Assembly (NCBI GenBank): GCA_900313115.1
Contig: OMPX01000053.1
Span: forward strand, 568 to 64,567
Direction of reading: 5' to 3'
Length of the DNA: 64,000 nucleotides
Source of the DNA: an uncultured bacterium
GTDB taxonomy: Bacteria; Cyanobacteriota; Vampirovibrionia; Gastranaerophilales; Gastranaerophilaceae
Positions within the stretch are counted from its first letter, which is position 1. The number at the start of each line of letters is the position of its first letter. A program made the translations under genes and the position numbers. Positions 38,780 to 49,749 of this stretch are shown piece by piece. A model generated the notes under the pieces. The model had not been told where the DNA came from. It saw only the letters and a program-made list of their open reading frames with translations, and ran no database searches.

Positions 38780-39982
38780 ATGCGAAAACGAATTACTATA
38801 ATTGTGTGTGTGGTATTTGGGTTGATTTTAGCAAGATATTTAATAACCTTGTTTAATACCCATATGCAAAAGGTAAATATGCAAAAAGTTGCAATGCCTG
38901 AAATTGTTGTTGAGAAAGTCGGTTCAAAAGATATTATAAAAAGCTATGAATCGCCGGCACGTGTTGTTTCAAAATATCAGGTTAATGTTGAGGCAAGAAT
39001 TGACGGATACTTAATGCGCAGTTATTTTAAAGAAGGAGATTTTGTAAAAGCAGGTCAGGTTCTTTTTGAAATTGAACCTCAAGGGTATCAATATGCCCTC
39101 CAACAAGCTCAAGCTAATGTAAAGAGTGCTAAAGCAAAACAAGTCTATTACGATAAACAAAGTGCAAGAGCAAAACAATTAGTAGATAAAGATTATATTG
39201 CAAAGGCAGATTATGATAACGCCGTAGCTCAGCGTGATTCATTCAGGGCAGATTACCAAAGATCATTAAGTGTGTATAACGATGCAAAAAGAAATCTTGG
39301 TTATACAAAGGTTAAAGCACCTGTTTCAGGCAGAGTCGGTATGATTACGGTAACGGTAGGGAACTATGTAAGAATGAATGCGGGTTCTTTAACAACTATA
39401 TACAGTATGAATCCAATGTATGTTACCTTTCCTATGGAGGCAAACGATTTTAACGAGTTAGCAAGAATTGACGGTTCAGCAAATGTAAAACGCAGAGTTG
39501 AATATATATTCAGCAATGGTAAAAAGTATGAATTTTACGGAGAACAAAACTTCTTTGATAACAAAATTGATGAAGCAAGCGGGACTATCACCCTTCGTGC
39601 AACTTTCCCAAATGAAGGATATCGTTTAATGGCAGGTGATTACGGAAGAGCTATAATTTATTCTAATAAAACAGATCCGACACCTGTCATCAAGACAAAA
39701 GCTATTCAGGAAAACCAAGAAGGTAAGTATGTTTATAAAGTTGATAAAAAGGGAGTCCCAACTCTTACTTATATAAAAGTTTTAGAACACAAGGGCGACT
39801 ATACATTAGTCAAATCAGGTTTAGATATAGGCGATACAATAGCTGTCGGCGGTTTGCAACAGATAATTCCGGGTGTACCTGCAAAAATCGTTGATTATCT
39901 TCCTCCTGAACCACAAAAGAAGCCTAATATTTTTGTAAGAATTTTTAATAAGATAAAAAGGATTTTAAAGGGTAGTAAGTAA
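38780..39982 (+). CDS. RND efflux periplasmic adaptor subunit
   Basis: TM anchor, lipoyl/hairpin/beta-barrel pattern (AGQVLFEIEP...KAPVSGRVG). The ORF opens at GTG 38756; ATG 38780 follows the SD GGAGAG. Confidence 0.9.
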   Translation: MRKRITIIVCVVFGLILARYLITLFNTHMQKVNMQKVAMPEIVVEKVGSKDIIKSYESPARVVSKYQVNVEARIDGYLMRSYFKEGDFVKAGQVLFEIEPQGYQYALQQAQANVKSAKAKQVYYDKQSARAKQLVDKDYIAKADYDNAVAQRDSFRADYQRSLSVYNDAKRNLGYTKVKAPVSGRVGMITVTVGNYVRMNAGSLTTIYSMNPMYVTFPMEANDFNELARIDGSANVKRRVEYIFSNGKKYEFYGEQNFFDNKIDEASGTITLRATFPNEGYRLMAGDYGRAIIYSNKTDPTPVIKTKAIQENQEGKYVYKVDKKGVPTLTYIKVLEHKGDYTLVKSGLDIGDTIAVGGLQQIIPGVPAKIVDYLPPEPQKKPNIFVRIFNKIKRILKGSK

Positions 39983-42900
39983 TGGCAGGGAATTTATTCG
40001 TCAGAAGACCTAAATTAGCTATAGTAATTTCACTTGCAATCATACTTGCAGGTTTGATTACTTTAGTACATCTTCCTGTCGAAGAATATCCGTCAATTAC
40101 TCCTCCGCAAGTTATTGTATCAGCTACGTATGCAGGTGCGAGTTCTGACGTAATTGCATCAACCGTTGCTGCGCCTATTGAATTGCAGGTCAACGGTGTT
40201 GACAATATGATTTATATGTCATCAGATTCAATGAACGGTCAGTATAAATTGACAATATATTTTGCAGTAGGAACGAACCCTGATATGGCATTGGTTAACG
40301 TCCAAAACCAATTACAGTTAGTAACTCCTCGTTTGCCTGAAGAAGTTAGAAAATATGGTTTAACTGTTCGTAAATCAACAGGTGGACCCGGGGTATTGAT
40401 GATGTCTTTGCGTTCTCCACACGGAACGTATGATTCATTATATCTTGCAAACTATGCGATAAGAAACATAAAAGACGAAATCGAACGTATCAGAGAAGTT
40501 GGGGAAGTAAATGTATATGGCGCTGGCGAATATGCTATGCGTATATGGTTAAAGCCTGACAGAATGGCAAGCTTAGGAATTTCTCCTACGGATATATCTG
40601 CTGCCATTCAATCTCAAAACCTCCAATCTCCTGCAGGTGACTTGGGCGGTCAACCTATGAAAAATCCTCAAATGATGAAGTTCACCCTCAAAACAAAAGG
40701 TCGTCTAAAAACCGTTGAAGAATTTGAAAATATTGTAATTAAATCAGATGCAAACGGGGCAAATGTTAAAATTAAAGATGTTGCAAGAGTTGAATTAGGG
40801 GCTAATACGTATACTTCAGTTTCCCGTGTTGACGGTTTAAAAATGGCAATTATATCTGTTTCACAATTGCCAAATGCTAATGCTATCAGCTTAGCAAACA
40901 AAATTCAGGATAAAATGAAGGTTATTGCTAAATCATTCCCGCCTGATATGGTTTGGGCAGTTCAATATGATAATACCCTATTCGTAAGAGAATCAATTCA
41001 CGAAGTTATTAGTGCAATATTGCTTGCTATTTTACTTGTAAGTATAGTTACTTATTTATTCTTAGGTACAGCAAGAGCTGCGTTTATTCCGTTCTGTGCA
41101 ATTCCTGTTTCGCTGATTGGGGTATTCATTTTTATGGGTGCAATAGGTTTTTCTCTGAACCTGTTGATATTATTCGGTCTTGTACTTGCAGTAGGTTTAG
41201 TTGTAGATGATGCTATTGTTGTATTGGAAAATACCCAAAGACATATTCAGGAGGGTAAAGATCCAAAAACTGCAACAGAAATTACTATGGAAGAAGTTTT
41301 TGGTGCAGTTGTCGCAACATCGTTGGTATTGATGGCGGTATTTGTTCCTGTTTCATTTATGGGAGGCATTACAGGTCAGATGTTCAGACAATTTGGTTTA
41401 TGTTTGGCTACTTCTATCGGTTTATCAACCTTAGTTGCTCTCACATTGTCCCCTGCATTATGTTCAATGATTTTGAAAGAAGGCACAGAAAAAGCTGACT
41501 TTGAATTTATCCAAAAATTTGATGATTGGTTTGATTCAATTAAGGGTAAATATTTAAATGTTGTAAAATACTTTGTTGACAGACCAAAAAACACCGTGAA
41601 ATTATTAGGTTTATTCTTACTATTTATTGTATTTATGTTCACAATAATTCCAAAGGGCTTTTTGCCTGATGAAGACAGAGGTGCATTATTTACACAAATT
41701 CAGTTGCCAGACGGTTCTTCTTTAGACAGAACTGATGCAGTCGGTCAAGAGATTGTAAAATATATATCTACAATTCCCGGTGTAAAAAGTGTGTTAGAAA
41801 TATCAGGTTTCAATGGCGAGAATATGGCTCTTATTGTATCAGAGCTTGATGAATGGGCTGAACGTAAAAGTTCAAAAAAATCATTAAACGCTATAGCAAG
41901 AAAAATAAACGGAAGATACAGACATTTTCCTGAAGCATCTACTGCAACATTTGCTCCTCCTGCTATAACAGGTATGAGTATGTTTGGCGGGTTTGAGTAC
42001 AGATTATTAGATAAAGGTGACAGAACACCTGAAGAATTATATGATGTTTCCCAAGATTTCTTGAGAAAAATTGGTAAAAATCCAAAATTCTCTAAAATCT
42101 TCTCAACCTACACAGCGACTTTACCGCAAATTAAAGTGACGGTTGATGATGAAAAAGCAATGGCACTTGGGGTAAACATTGCAGATATTTATACGACATT
42201 AGCAGCTCAATTAGGCTCATCCTACATAAACGACTTCAACCAATTTGGGCGTGTTTATCGTGTATATATTCAGGCAGATTCTCAATACAGAGAGCAAAAA
42301 AGAAACTTAGAAGGAATATATGTTCGCAACAGAAATGGCGGAATGGTTCCTATTACAGCTTTAGTAAAATTAGAAGATACTACAGGCCCATATACAATAT
42401 CAAGATATAATATGTACCCTGCCGTAATGATAAACGGTCAGCCTGCAAACAATATCAGTTCTGGGCAGGCAATGGCTGAAATGGAAGAATTATCTGACAA
42501 GTATTTAAGCAGGGATATGGGTTATGAATGGTCAGGTACTTCACTGCAGGAAAAAGAATCAGCAGGGCAAATTGGTCCGATTTTGGCATTGGCATTAACT
42601 TTTGTTTATTTGTTCCTTGTTGCATTATATGAAAGCTGGACATTACCGCTTGCCGTTATGCTAATTTCTCCTATTGCACTTGTTGGTGCGTTGTTCTTCC
42701 AATATGTATCAGGTTACACACTTGACTTATATGCTCAAATCGGTCTTGTAATGTTGGTAGGTTTAGGTACGAAGCAAGCTATTTTGATTGTAGAGTTTGC
42801 AAAAGATGCAATGGAAAAAAATGGGCTGAATTATATTGAAGCAGCTATGCAGGCAGCAACATTACGTTTCAGAGCCGTTATGATGACAAATATTGCATTT

Positions 42901-43188
42901 ATCTTAGGGCTTGTTCCTTTGATTACTGCAAGCGGTGCCGGAGCAGGGAGCAGACATTCTATCGGTATGACTGTATTTGGCGGTATGATAGCAGTTTCAT
43001 TTATCGGCAGTATTTTAGTTCCTGCATTCTTTGTTTGTGTAAATAAAATGAAAGAATGGGCTCAAAACGGCGGACTAAAAGAATTTTTACATAAATATTT
43101 TGGTCTTTTTATTGAATTGACTAAAAAGCTTAAAAATCAAATTTTAGAAGAAATTAAAAAATTAAGAGGGGGAAAAAACGGTGATTAA
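39982..43188 (+). CDS. RND efflux permease (AcrB/HAE1 family)
   Basis: 1068 aa with 12 TM helices and two large periplasmic loops. Conserved VVDDAIVVLEN TM4 motif. Confidence 0.95.
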   Translation: MAGNLFVRRPKLAIVISLAIILAGLITLVHLPVEEYPSITPPQVIVSATYAGASSDVIASTVAAPIELQVNGVDNMIYMSSDSMNGQYKLTIYFAVGTNPDMALVNVQNQLQLVTPRLPEEVRKYGLTVRKSTGGPGVLMMSLRSPHGTYDSLYLANYAIRNIKDEIERIREVGEVNVYGAGEYAMRIWLKPDRMASLGISPTDISAAIQSQNLQSPAGDLGGQPMKNPQMMKFTLKTKGRLKTVEEFENIVIKSDANGANVKIKDVARVELGANTYTSVSRVDGLKMAIISVSQLPNANAISLANKIQDKMKVIAKSFPPDMVWAVQYDNTLFVRESIHEVISAILLAILLVSIVTYLFLGTARAAFIPFCAIPVSLIGVFIFMGAIGFSLNLLILFGLVLAVGLVVDDAIVVLENTQRHIQEGKDPKTATEITMEEVFGAVVATSLVLMAVFVPVSFMGGITGQMFRQFGLCLATSIGLSTLVALTLSPALCSMILKEGTEKADFEFIQKFDDWFDSIKGKYLNVVKYFVDRPKNTVKLLGLFLLFIVFMFTIIPKGFLPDEDRGALFTQIQLPDGSSLDRTDAVGQEIVKYISTIPGVKSVLEISGFNGENMALIVSELDEWAERKSSKKSLNAIARKINGRYRHFPEASTATFAPPAITGMSMFGGFEYRLLDKGDRTPEELYDVSQDFLRKIGKNPKFSKIFSTYTATLPQIKVTVDDEKAMALGVNIADIYTTLAAQLGSSYINDFNQFGRVYRVYIQADSQYREQKRNLEGIYVRNRNGGMVPITALVKLEDTTGPYTISRYNMYPAVMINGQPANNISSGQAMAEMEELSDKYLSRDMGYEWSGTSLQEKESAGQIGPILALALTFVYLFLVALYESWTLPLAVMLISPIALVGALFFQYVSGYTLDLYAQIGLVMLVGLGTKQAILIVEFAKDAMEKNGLNYIEAAMQAATLRFRAVMMTNIAFILGLVPLITASGAGAGSRHSIGMTVFGGMIAVSFIGSILVPAFFVCVNKMKEWAQNGGLKEFLHKYFGLFIELTKKLKNQILEEIKKLRGGKNGD

Positions 43189-44830
43189 AAAAGTTTTATC
43201 ATTAGTTTTATCCGTTCTCTTGTTATCTTCCAACTTTGTTTTTGCAGAAGAGTTAGGAAAGTCGTTCACAAAAGATGAGTATCCCGATAGCGATTTAGTA
43301 GCACCTGTTATTGATAATAAAAGTAATGTTACCGTTCACGGAAGTGTACAAAATACATTAGATGTTACTCTTGATGATTGTCTAAAATTGGCACTAGGGA
43401 ACAATCCACGAATACAAGCAGCTATTCAGGACGTATTTGCATCTGATTCAAGAATTAAACAGGCATGGTCAAATTGGTTTCCTCAAATATCTTGGCAGAC
43501 AGGATATACAAGAATAAGACAGCTTCAACTTGCTGATGCTCTTGGAAAAGCTCTCGTTTACAATTATTATACTTTAGGTCAAATTTCATTATCAGAAATG
43601 TTATATGACTTCGGCATCACCCAAAATCAGGTAACCATTAAGAAATTAGAAAATGAGCAGTATAAAATAATGCTGACAGAAACCATCAATGATGTTATTT
43701 GTGATGTTAAAAATGCATATTACAATGTGCTATTTGTCATTGAACAGAAAAAAGTTGCGGAAGAGATGGTTAAACGCTACGAATTATTTTATGATCAGGC
43801 AAAAGCATATTACAATGCAGGAACAAAACCGAAGGTAGATTTAACTATTGCACAGGTCAATTTAAGTAATTCAAAATTAAACCTAATTGAGGCAGAAAAC
43901 GCTGTCGATATTGCTATGGCAAAATTAAATAACACAATGGGTTTGCCGTATATGATGCGCTATAATATCAATGATATTTTAAAATATAATCCTTGCTCTG
44001 TTACATTAGACGGAGCTGTAGAAATAGCAAAAGAATCAAGACCTGATTATAAATTGGCGAATGTAAAAGTTGAAACAGCCAGACAAAATCTTCAATTGGT
44101 AAAAAAATCTTGGGCTCCTCAGTTATCTGTTGAAGGTCAGTTCGAAATTGGTGGTAAAAGTTTTACGTCAAACCACGGTTATAACTTTGGGGCATATTTG
44201 AATTTTCCGACATTTAACGCAATGATGCTAAAAGAAGGAATAAAAGAGGCAAAGACTCTCCATTCAAAAGAAATAGCAAATGCAATGAATACTCAAAATA
44301 ATATATATTTAGAAATTCAAAATGCATATTATATGCTAAGGGAAAAGAAAAATAAAATTCCGGTAGCCACAGTGAATGTAAAACAAGCAAAAGAGAATTA
44401 TGAATTATCATTTGGCAGATATAAAGTTGGAGTTGGAGATCCTGTTGAATTAAAAGAAGCACAGGTTCAGCTTCAAAATGCCGAATTAAAATATTACAAT
44501 ACTCTATTTGAGTATAATTGCGCAAGAGCAAATTTAGAAAAGGCTATCGGTAAAAATATTGTAGAAAATCAAATTTCGCTGGATTTAGATAAAGATAAAC
44601 TAAATACCGAAAATAAAAAACTAAAAGAACAAGCTCGCCAAGCTGCAGAAGAAGATAAAGCTCTTAGAAAAGCTGATTCCGCAAATCAAAAAAAATTAAA
44701 TAAAAAACAGAGAAAAACCATAACGATAGATTTAAATGATAATAATGCCGGTATAAAAAACATTACGGCAAATGACTCAACATTCAATACTGATAAAAAA
44801 GTATCAAATAAAAAGAAGCAACGAAAATAA
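43181..44830 (+). CDS. TolC-family outer membrane factor
   Basis: Signal peptide ...NFVFA and two OEP repeats. GTG start overlapping the acrB-like stop. Lys-rich C-terminal tail. Confidence 0.85.
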   Translation: MIKKVLSLVLSVLLLSSNFVFAEELGKSFTKDEYPDSDLVAPVIDNKSNVTVHGSVQNTLDVTLDDCLKLALGNNPRIQAAIQDVFASDSRIKQAWSNWFPQISWQTGYTRIRQLQLADALGKALVYNYYTLGQISLSEMLYDFGITQNQVTIKKLENEQYKIMLTETINDVICDVKNAYYNVLFVIEQKKVAEEMVKRYELFYDQAKAYYNAGTKPKVDLTIAQVNLSNSKLNLIEAENAVDIAMAKLNNTMGLPYMMRYNINDILKYNPCSVTLDGAVEIAKESRPDYKLANVKVETARQNLQLVKKSWAPQLSVEGQFEIGGKSFTSNHGYNFGAYLNFPTFNAMMLKEGIKEAKTLHSKEIANAMNTQNNIYLEIQNAYYMLREKKNKIPVATVNVKQAKENYELSFGRYKVGVGDPVELKEAQVQLQNAELKYYNTLFEYNCARANLEKAIGKNIVENQISLDLDKDKLNTENKKLKEQARQAAEEDKALRKADSANQKKLNKKQRKTITIDLNDNNAGIKNITANDSTFNTDKKVSNKKKQRK

Positions 44831-44869
44831 AAGTACACTAATTTAATATAAGTTTATTTGTTGAGCCGC

Positions 44870-45484
44870 TTAGTTCTTTTTCCCGTCCCAAAGTTTCCCA
44901 TCATTTGTCATTCCACCGATTCTATCATCAGCAGGTGATACATGGATAAATTTTCCGTCTTCTGTCATACCGCCAATGATTCCGTCAATTACACCGTTTT
45001 CACCTCTGTGTATTCCGGGAGCATTGATTCCGGGAATTTTTGGTTCAGGTTTTTGAACTTTTACACCGTCCCACATTTTGCCGTCTGCTGTTCTTCCACC
45101 AATTCTGTCATCAGCAGGAGATACGTGAATAAAGTTTCCGTCTTCTGTCATACCGCCAATGATTCCGTCAATTACACCTTTTTCATCTCTGTGTATTCCG
45201 GGAGCATTGATGCCGGGGATTTTAACTTCTTTCTTTGTGTTATTAAATTCCACTGTGTCTTTTTCAGGATGGTATTTTTTTGCAAATTTGGCTTTTAGCG
45301 AATCTGCAAGTTTTATAACAGGTGTTAATGAAACGGGTCTGTTAGTTCTTTGAATAACATTGTTTAGCAGTTGTTGATTTGTAAAATCATTTTGTTCCTG
45401 AATAAATCTAAATTGATCTTGCATAATTTGATTGTTAATATTTTGTTGAACAAACTGATTATGCATTGACATCGGATCACACAT
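44870..45484 (-). CDS. hypothetical protein with a Q/N-rich N-terminus and two 61-aa tandem repeats
   Basis: The ORF opens at GTG 45508; ATG 45484 follows the SD TAGGAGA. Repeats KIPGINAPGIHR..GVIDGIIGGMTEDG.FIHVSPADDRIGG.T.DGK.WDG. Confidence 0.7.
   Translation of the reverse strand: MCDPMSMHNQFVQQNINNQIMQDQFRFIQEQNDFTNQQLLNNVIQRTNRPVSLTPVIKLADSLKAKFAKKYHPEKDTVEFNNTKKEVKIPGINAPGIHRDEKGVIDGIIGGMTEDGNFIHVSPADDRIGGRTADGKMWDGVKVQKPEPKIPGINAPGIHRGENGVIDGIIGGMTEDGKFIHVSPADDRIGGMTNDGKLWDGKKN
44885..45225. repeat. 183-nt tandem duplication inside the CDS
   Basis: Units start at 44885 and 45068. Cores 44955-45040 and 45138-45223 differ at about 4 of 86 positions. Confidence 0.9.
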
Positions 45485-45627
45485 AGAGAAATCTCCTATA
45501 TTACACACTACTTATGCTTATATAAAGTAATTTTATTTTATATTATTGCTAATTTGTAAAGATAATTTAATTTAAATATTTTAAATAAGGTTTGCACAGT
45601 ATTTCTATCTCGTGATAATATATATCT

Positions 45628-46368
45628 ATGAAAAATGAAAATAAAGCAAAAGTAAAAGAAATATTTTCTTCTATTCAGGGAGAAGGTCCGTTTATCGGTT
45701 CAAAACAAATTTTTATTCGTTTTTGCGCGTGTAATTTGAATTGTTGCTATTGTGATACGGATTTTTATCCGACAAATATTAATGATAAAAATACGTTTTT
45801 TGAATTTGAACCTGATGAATTAGTTAGTTATCTGAAAGAAAATTTTGATTTGGAATCGACACACTCAATATCTTTAACAGGTGGAGAACCACTTATTTGG
45901 GCTGATTTTTTAAAGGAATTTATGCCAAAATTAAATATAAAATATTATCTGGAAACAAATGCAACGATTGACGATAATGCAAAAGAGATTTTGCCGTTAA
46001 CAGATATTTTAGCAGCGGACATTAAGCTCCCTAGTTGTTCAGGTATTGTGAATGCATTTGAGCTGCACGAAAAATTTTTCAATGTTGTAAAAGTAACTAA
46101 AAATAAAACAAGAGAATATTTTTCGGTTGCAAATAATAATAGTTTTGCAAAAGTTGTGTTCGATGACAATATTTCTGATGATGAAATATCCGCTACGGTT
46201 GATTTAGCAAAAAGATATGATTTTGAAATTATACTTCAGCCTCGTATGCAGGAGGACAAACTTTCTATAAATTCTGATTGTATGATGGAAGTTTTTGAAA
46301 AATTTGTAAGAAAATATAAACACGTAAGACTTATTCCTCAGGTTCATAAGTTTATTGATGTTGAGTAA
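45628..46368 (+). CDS. queE: 7-carboxy-7-deazaguanine synthase (radical SAM)
   Basis: EIFSSIQGEGPFIGSKQIFIRFCACNLNCCYCDT cluster motif. Confidence 0.9.
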   Translation: MKNENKAKVKEIFSSIQGEGPFIGSKQIFIRFCACNLNCCYCDTDFYPTNINDKNTFFEFEPDELVSYLKENFDLESTHSISLTGGEPLIWADFLKEFMPKLNIKYYLETNATIDDNAKEILPLTDILAADIKLPSCSGIVNAFELHEKFFNVVKVTKNKTREYFSVANNNSFAKVVFDDNISDDEISATVDLAKRYDFEIILQPRMQEDKLSINSDCMMEVFEKFVRKYKHVRLIPQVHKFIDVE

Positions 46369-46417
46369 GTTGAATTTGTGATAAAATTTAGTTGTTATAT
46401 TAAATAAGGAGAATACA

Positions 46418-46702
46418 ATGGAAAAAGTTAGAGCAAGTCATATTTTGGTTAAAACAGAAGAAGAAGCTAATGATTTGTTAGCAAAGTTAAATGATGGTGC
46501 AGATTTTGGCGAGTTAGCACAAGAATATTCATTATGTCCATCAAAAAGAGATGGCGGTGATTTACGATTCTTTGGCAGAGGTATGATGGTTAAACCTTTT
46601 GAAGATGCAGCTTTCGCTCTTGAAGTAGGTCAAATTTCTGCTCCCGTTGAAACTCAATTCGGATGGCACTTAATCAAGTTAACTGATAAAAAAGAAGCAT
46701 AG
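46418..46702 (+). CDS. ppiC: parvulin-type peptidyl-prolyl cis-trans isomerase (single domain)
   Basis: 94 aa, ASHILV...CPSKRDGGDLRFFGRGMMVKPFEDAAF...GWHLIK. Confidence 0.92.
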   Translation: MEKVRASHILVKTEEEANDLLAKLNDGADFGELAQEYSLCPSKRDGGDLRFFGRGMMVKPFEDAAFALEVGQISAPVETQFGWHLIKLTDKKEA

Positions 46703-46728
46703 TGGTAAATGGGGTAAATGGGGTAAAT
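46702..46728 (+). repeat. three tandem 9-mers GTGGTAAAT GGGGTAAAT GGGGTAAAT starting in the ppiC stop codon
   Basis: Read directly; 13 nt upstream of the next gene's GTG start. Confidence 0.95.
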
Positions 46729-46741
46729 AAAGGAAATTACA

Positions 46742-48304
46742 GTGATAGACCTCAGTTTATTGGATGTAGATTACTTATTAGTTAATACAACGAATCAATT
46801 TCTGTTGGAGTATGCTCCCATAGAAGAAAATTCTTGTCACAAACTTACAGGCTTTACCGGAGACACAGGAGATTCTCTTTTGTGTCCGGATGGAAAAGCC
46901 TTGCTTTTTGTCGACGGGAGATACCATACTCAGGCAGATAAGGAAGTCGATTCAGATAAAGTAAAAGTTGTTAAGTTAGAATTAGGTCAAAAACAAGACG
47001 ATGCTATTTGCGAAAATATAAAGCCTGATTCAATTCTTGGAATTGTCGCAAAAAAAGTTTCACAAAAAAGATTAGAATATCTTGAAACATTGTTAAAAGT
47101 TATTAATGTAAAAGTAAAACTTTTAGAAACAGATGTTTTTGAAGATGCTTTTTTGTTTAAACAGGCTTGTGCGACTGTTATTTCAGAAGAATTGGCAGGT
47201 GAAAGTTTTTCTCAGAAAATAAAAAAATTAAAAAAGCCTGTTTTGATTACTAATTCTGAAGAAATTTCATATATTTGTAATTTACGTGATTTCACCCAGC
47301 AAAATGCCGTAAAGATTGATGGTAAATTATTGGTTCAAAATGATAGGGTTATTTTGTTTACAAATGCAGAAATTAAAGGTAATGTTGATTTTGAAGTAAA
47401 ACCTCTAAACGAGTTTTATAATCAGGAATACTGCGGATTGCTTGTTGATAAAAGTACAATAAATGCGTATGATTTTTCAAAGATAACAAATCCTGTTATT
47501 GCTGATTCGCAGGTTAAATTTATGAAATCCATAAAAAATATTTCTGAAATCCAACATTTAAAATATTGTTTTGAAATGACAGATAAGGCATTAACGGACA
47601 CAAGAGATTTTATTTTAAATAACAATAATTTATCGGAATATGATATTGATAAAGAATTGGAAAAGAATTTTAAAAAATATGGTGCAAAATCGCTCAGTTT
47701 TAAATCAATAGTTGCAAGAAATCAAAATTCAGCTCTTGCTCATTATATGAAGTCTTCGAAAGAAGAAATTGTGCAAGACGGTGATTTGATACTGATTGAT
47801 TGCGGCGGGTATTATGATGGCGGTCTTGCTACCGATATTACAAGAGTTTTTGTTAAAGGAAAACCATCCGAGAAACAAAAAGAAGTTTATACAACTGTAT
47901 TAAAAATGTTTTTAAATGCTTTCAATTATCCTGTAACAGAAGGTAAAACATCAGGTTTTGATATTGATAAATTCACAAGAGAATATCTTGATAAAAATAA
48001 AATTGAAGGTTTTGTATTTTCTCACGGTTTAGGGCACGGTATAGGGGTTTGTGTCCATGAAGCACCTCCTAATCTGAGTAAAAATGAAATCGCAAAAACC
48101 CCGATTAAAAATAACATGTGTTTTACAATTGAACCCGGATTATATAATGAAAAAATGTTTGGGGTAAGATTAGAAAATTCTTGTTATCTGGAAAATGGTG
48201 TTATAAAATCATTTACAAATATGTGTTATGAAAATAATCTGATAAATTATGATATGCTTACAGATATTGAAAAAGAATGGCTTTCAAAATTTGAGGTAAA
48301 ATAG
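46742..48304 (+). CDS. Xaa-Pro aminopeptidase (M24B family)
   Basis: Pita-bread domain metal ligands: DCGG..DGG.ATDITR, HGLGHGIGV.VHE, EPG, LEN. GTG start after the SD AAAGGAAA. Confidence 0.85.
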   Translation: MIDLSLLDVDYLLVNTTNQFLLEYAPIEENSCHKLTGFTGDTGDSLLCPDGKALLFVDGRYHTQADKEVDSDKVKVVKLELGQKQDDAICENIKPDSILGIVAKKVSQKRLEYLETLLKVINVKVKLLETDVFEDAFLFKQACATVISEELAGESFSQKIKKLKKPVLITNSEEISYICNLRDFTQQNAVKIDGKLLVQNDRVILFTNAEIKGNVDFEVKPLNEFYNQEYCGLLVDKSTINAYDFSKITNPVIADSQVKFMKSIKNISEIQHLKYCFEMTDKALTDTRDFILNNNNLSEYDIDKELEKNFKKYGAKSLSFKSIVARNQNSALAHYMKSSKEEIVQDGDLILIDCGGYYDGGLATDITRVFVKGKPSEKQKEVYTTVLKMFLNAFNYPVTEGKTSGFDIDKFTREYLDKNKIEGFVFSHGLGHGIGVCVHEAPPNLSKNEIAKTPIKNNMCFTIEPGLYNEKMFGVRLENSCYLENGVIKSFTNMCYENNLINYDMLTDIEKEWLSKFEVK

Positions 48305-49068
48305 TGGAAATTACGGCAATAAACAATAATTTAGTAAAGGATACGGTAAAACTTCAGCAAAAAAAATACAGAACTGAAACAGGTAAATTTTTGTTAGAAG
48401 GTGAAAAATGTGTTAAAGAAGCATTTGAGTCAGGGATACAATTAGAATATGTATTTGTTTTATCCGATAAAGCCAAAGAATATGACTTTATCAGCGATAA
48501 ATTGATTTTGACAAATAAAGCCGTATTGAAAAAGATTTCTACGACTGATTCTGCGCCTGACATTGTTGGAGTTGGATATCAGCTTAAAAATAATATTGAT
48601 AAATTAAAACAATCAAAAAAGGTTGTATTATTAGAGAATATATCGGATGCAGGGAATTTGGGTACAATAATCAGAAGTGCTGTTGCGTTCAACATTGATA
48701 CAATTATTTTATACGGGAATACTGTTGATTTGTATAATCCAAAATGCGTGCGTTCTGCAGTTGGTAATTTATGGAAAATAAATATTATTCACATTGATAA
48801 AATAAGTGAACTAAAATCTATAATTAACGGATTTGAGTGCGTTGCAACATTACCCAAAACAAAAAATAGTGTATGGTTTAAAGATTGGAAGCCTGCAAGC
48901 AAGTCTGTTGTAATGTTCGGTTCGGAAGCAGACGGATTATCAGATGAACTAATTAGTATTGCAGACAAAAATCTAACAATTGAAATGAATAAAAAAGTGG
49001 AGTCTCTCAACCTATCCGTTTCGGCAAGTGTATTGATGTATAAATTAGGACAGGACTCTGATAACTAA
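48304..49068 (+). CDS. TrmH-family RNA 2'-O-methyltransferase
   Basis: SPOUT motifs LLENISDAGNLGTIIRSAVAF, FGSEADGLS, LNLSVSASV. GTG start overlaps the upstream stop. Confidence 0.85.
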   Translation: MEITAINNNLVKDTVKLQQKKYRTETGKFLLEGEKCVKEAFESGIQLEYVFVLSDKAKEYDFISDKLILTNKAVLKKISTTDSAPDIVGVGYQLKNNIDKLKQSKKVVLLENISDAGNLGTIIRSAVAFNIDTIILYGNTVDLYNPKCVRSAVGNLWKINIIHIDKISELKSIINGFECVATLPKTKNSVWFKDWKPASKSVVMFGSEADGLSDELISIADKNLTIEMNKKVESLNLSVSASVLMYKLGQDSDN

Positions 49069-49167
49069 CATATTTATATAATAATTTAACATTCTCTTTT
49101 AAATTTAAAATATTTATGTTATCATCAGTTTAAAATAGTATACTCATAAACATAATAAGGAGCTTAT

Positions 49168-49725
49168 ATGATTTCTGTAAACGATTTTAAAACAGGTTTA
49201 ACACTACAATTAGACAATGGTCTTTGGTCAGTAGTAGAATTTCTACACGTAAAACCGGGTAAAGGCGCTGCGTTTGTACGTTCAAAACTAAAAAACGTAG
49301 AAACAGGTCAAGTTGTTGAAAAAACATTCAGAGCAGGTGAAAAAGTTGCAAAAGCTACTTTAGACAGACGTGAAATGCAATATTTATATAAAGAAGGAAA
49401 AGATTTCGTTATGATGGATAACGAATCTTATGAACAAATGCAATTAACAGAAGCTCAAATAGGAAGCGGAATTAAGTATCTGAAAGAAAATATGATTGTT
49501 CAGGTTCTTATGCACGATGGAAGCATCATTGGTGTTGATATTCCTGCTCACGTTGAGTTAGAAGTTGTTGATACTCCGCCTGCTGAAAAGGGTAATACAG
49601 CTCAAGGCGGTACTAAACCTGCTACATTAGAAACAGGTGCCGTTGTTAACGTTCCGTTCTTTGTTTCAAATGGGGACGTTATCAGAGTTGATACTCGTTC
49701 TAATGAATACTTAGACAGAGTATAA
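49168..49725 (+). CDS. efp: elongation factor P
   Basis: [13 protein letters not shown]...[16 protein letters not shown]. Strong SD TAAGGAG. Confidence 0.98.
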   Translation: MISVNDFKTGLTLQLDNGLWSVVEFLHVKPGKGAAFVRSKLKNVETGQVVEKTFRAGEKVAKATLDRREMQYLYKEGKDFVMMDNESYEQMQLTEAQIGSGIKYLKENMIVQVLMHDGSIIGVDIPAHVELEVVDTPPAEKGNTAQGGTKPATLETGAVVNVPFFVSNGDVIRVDTRSNEYLDRV

Positions 49726-49749
49726 ACACATTCACTGAAAGGATAGATA

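Noticed and set aside
45509-45627. preQ1 riboswitch upstream of queE
   Set aside because: The region is almost pure A/T, with no recognisable preQ1 aptamer core or stable hairpin.
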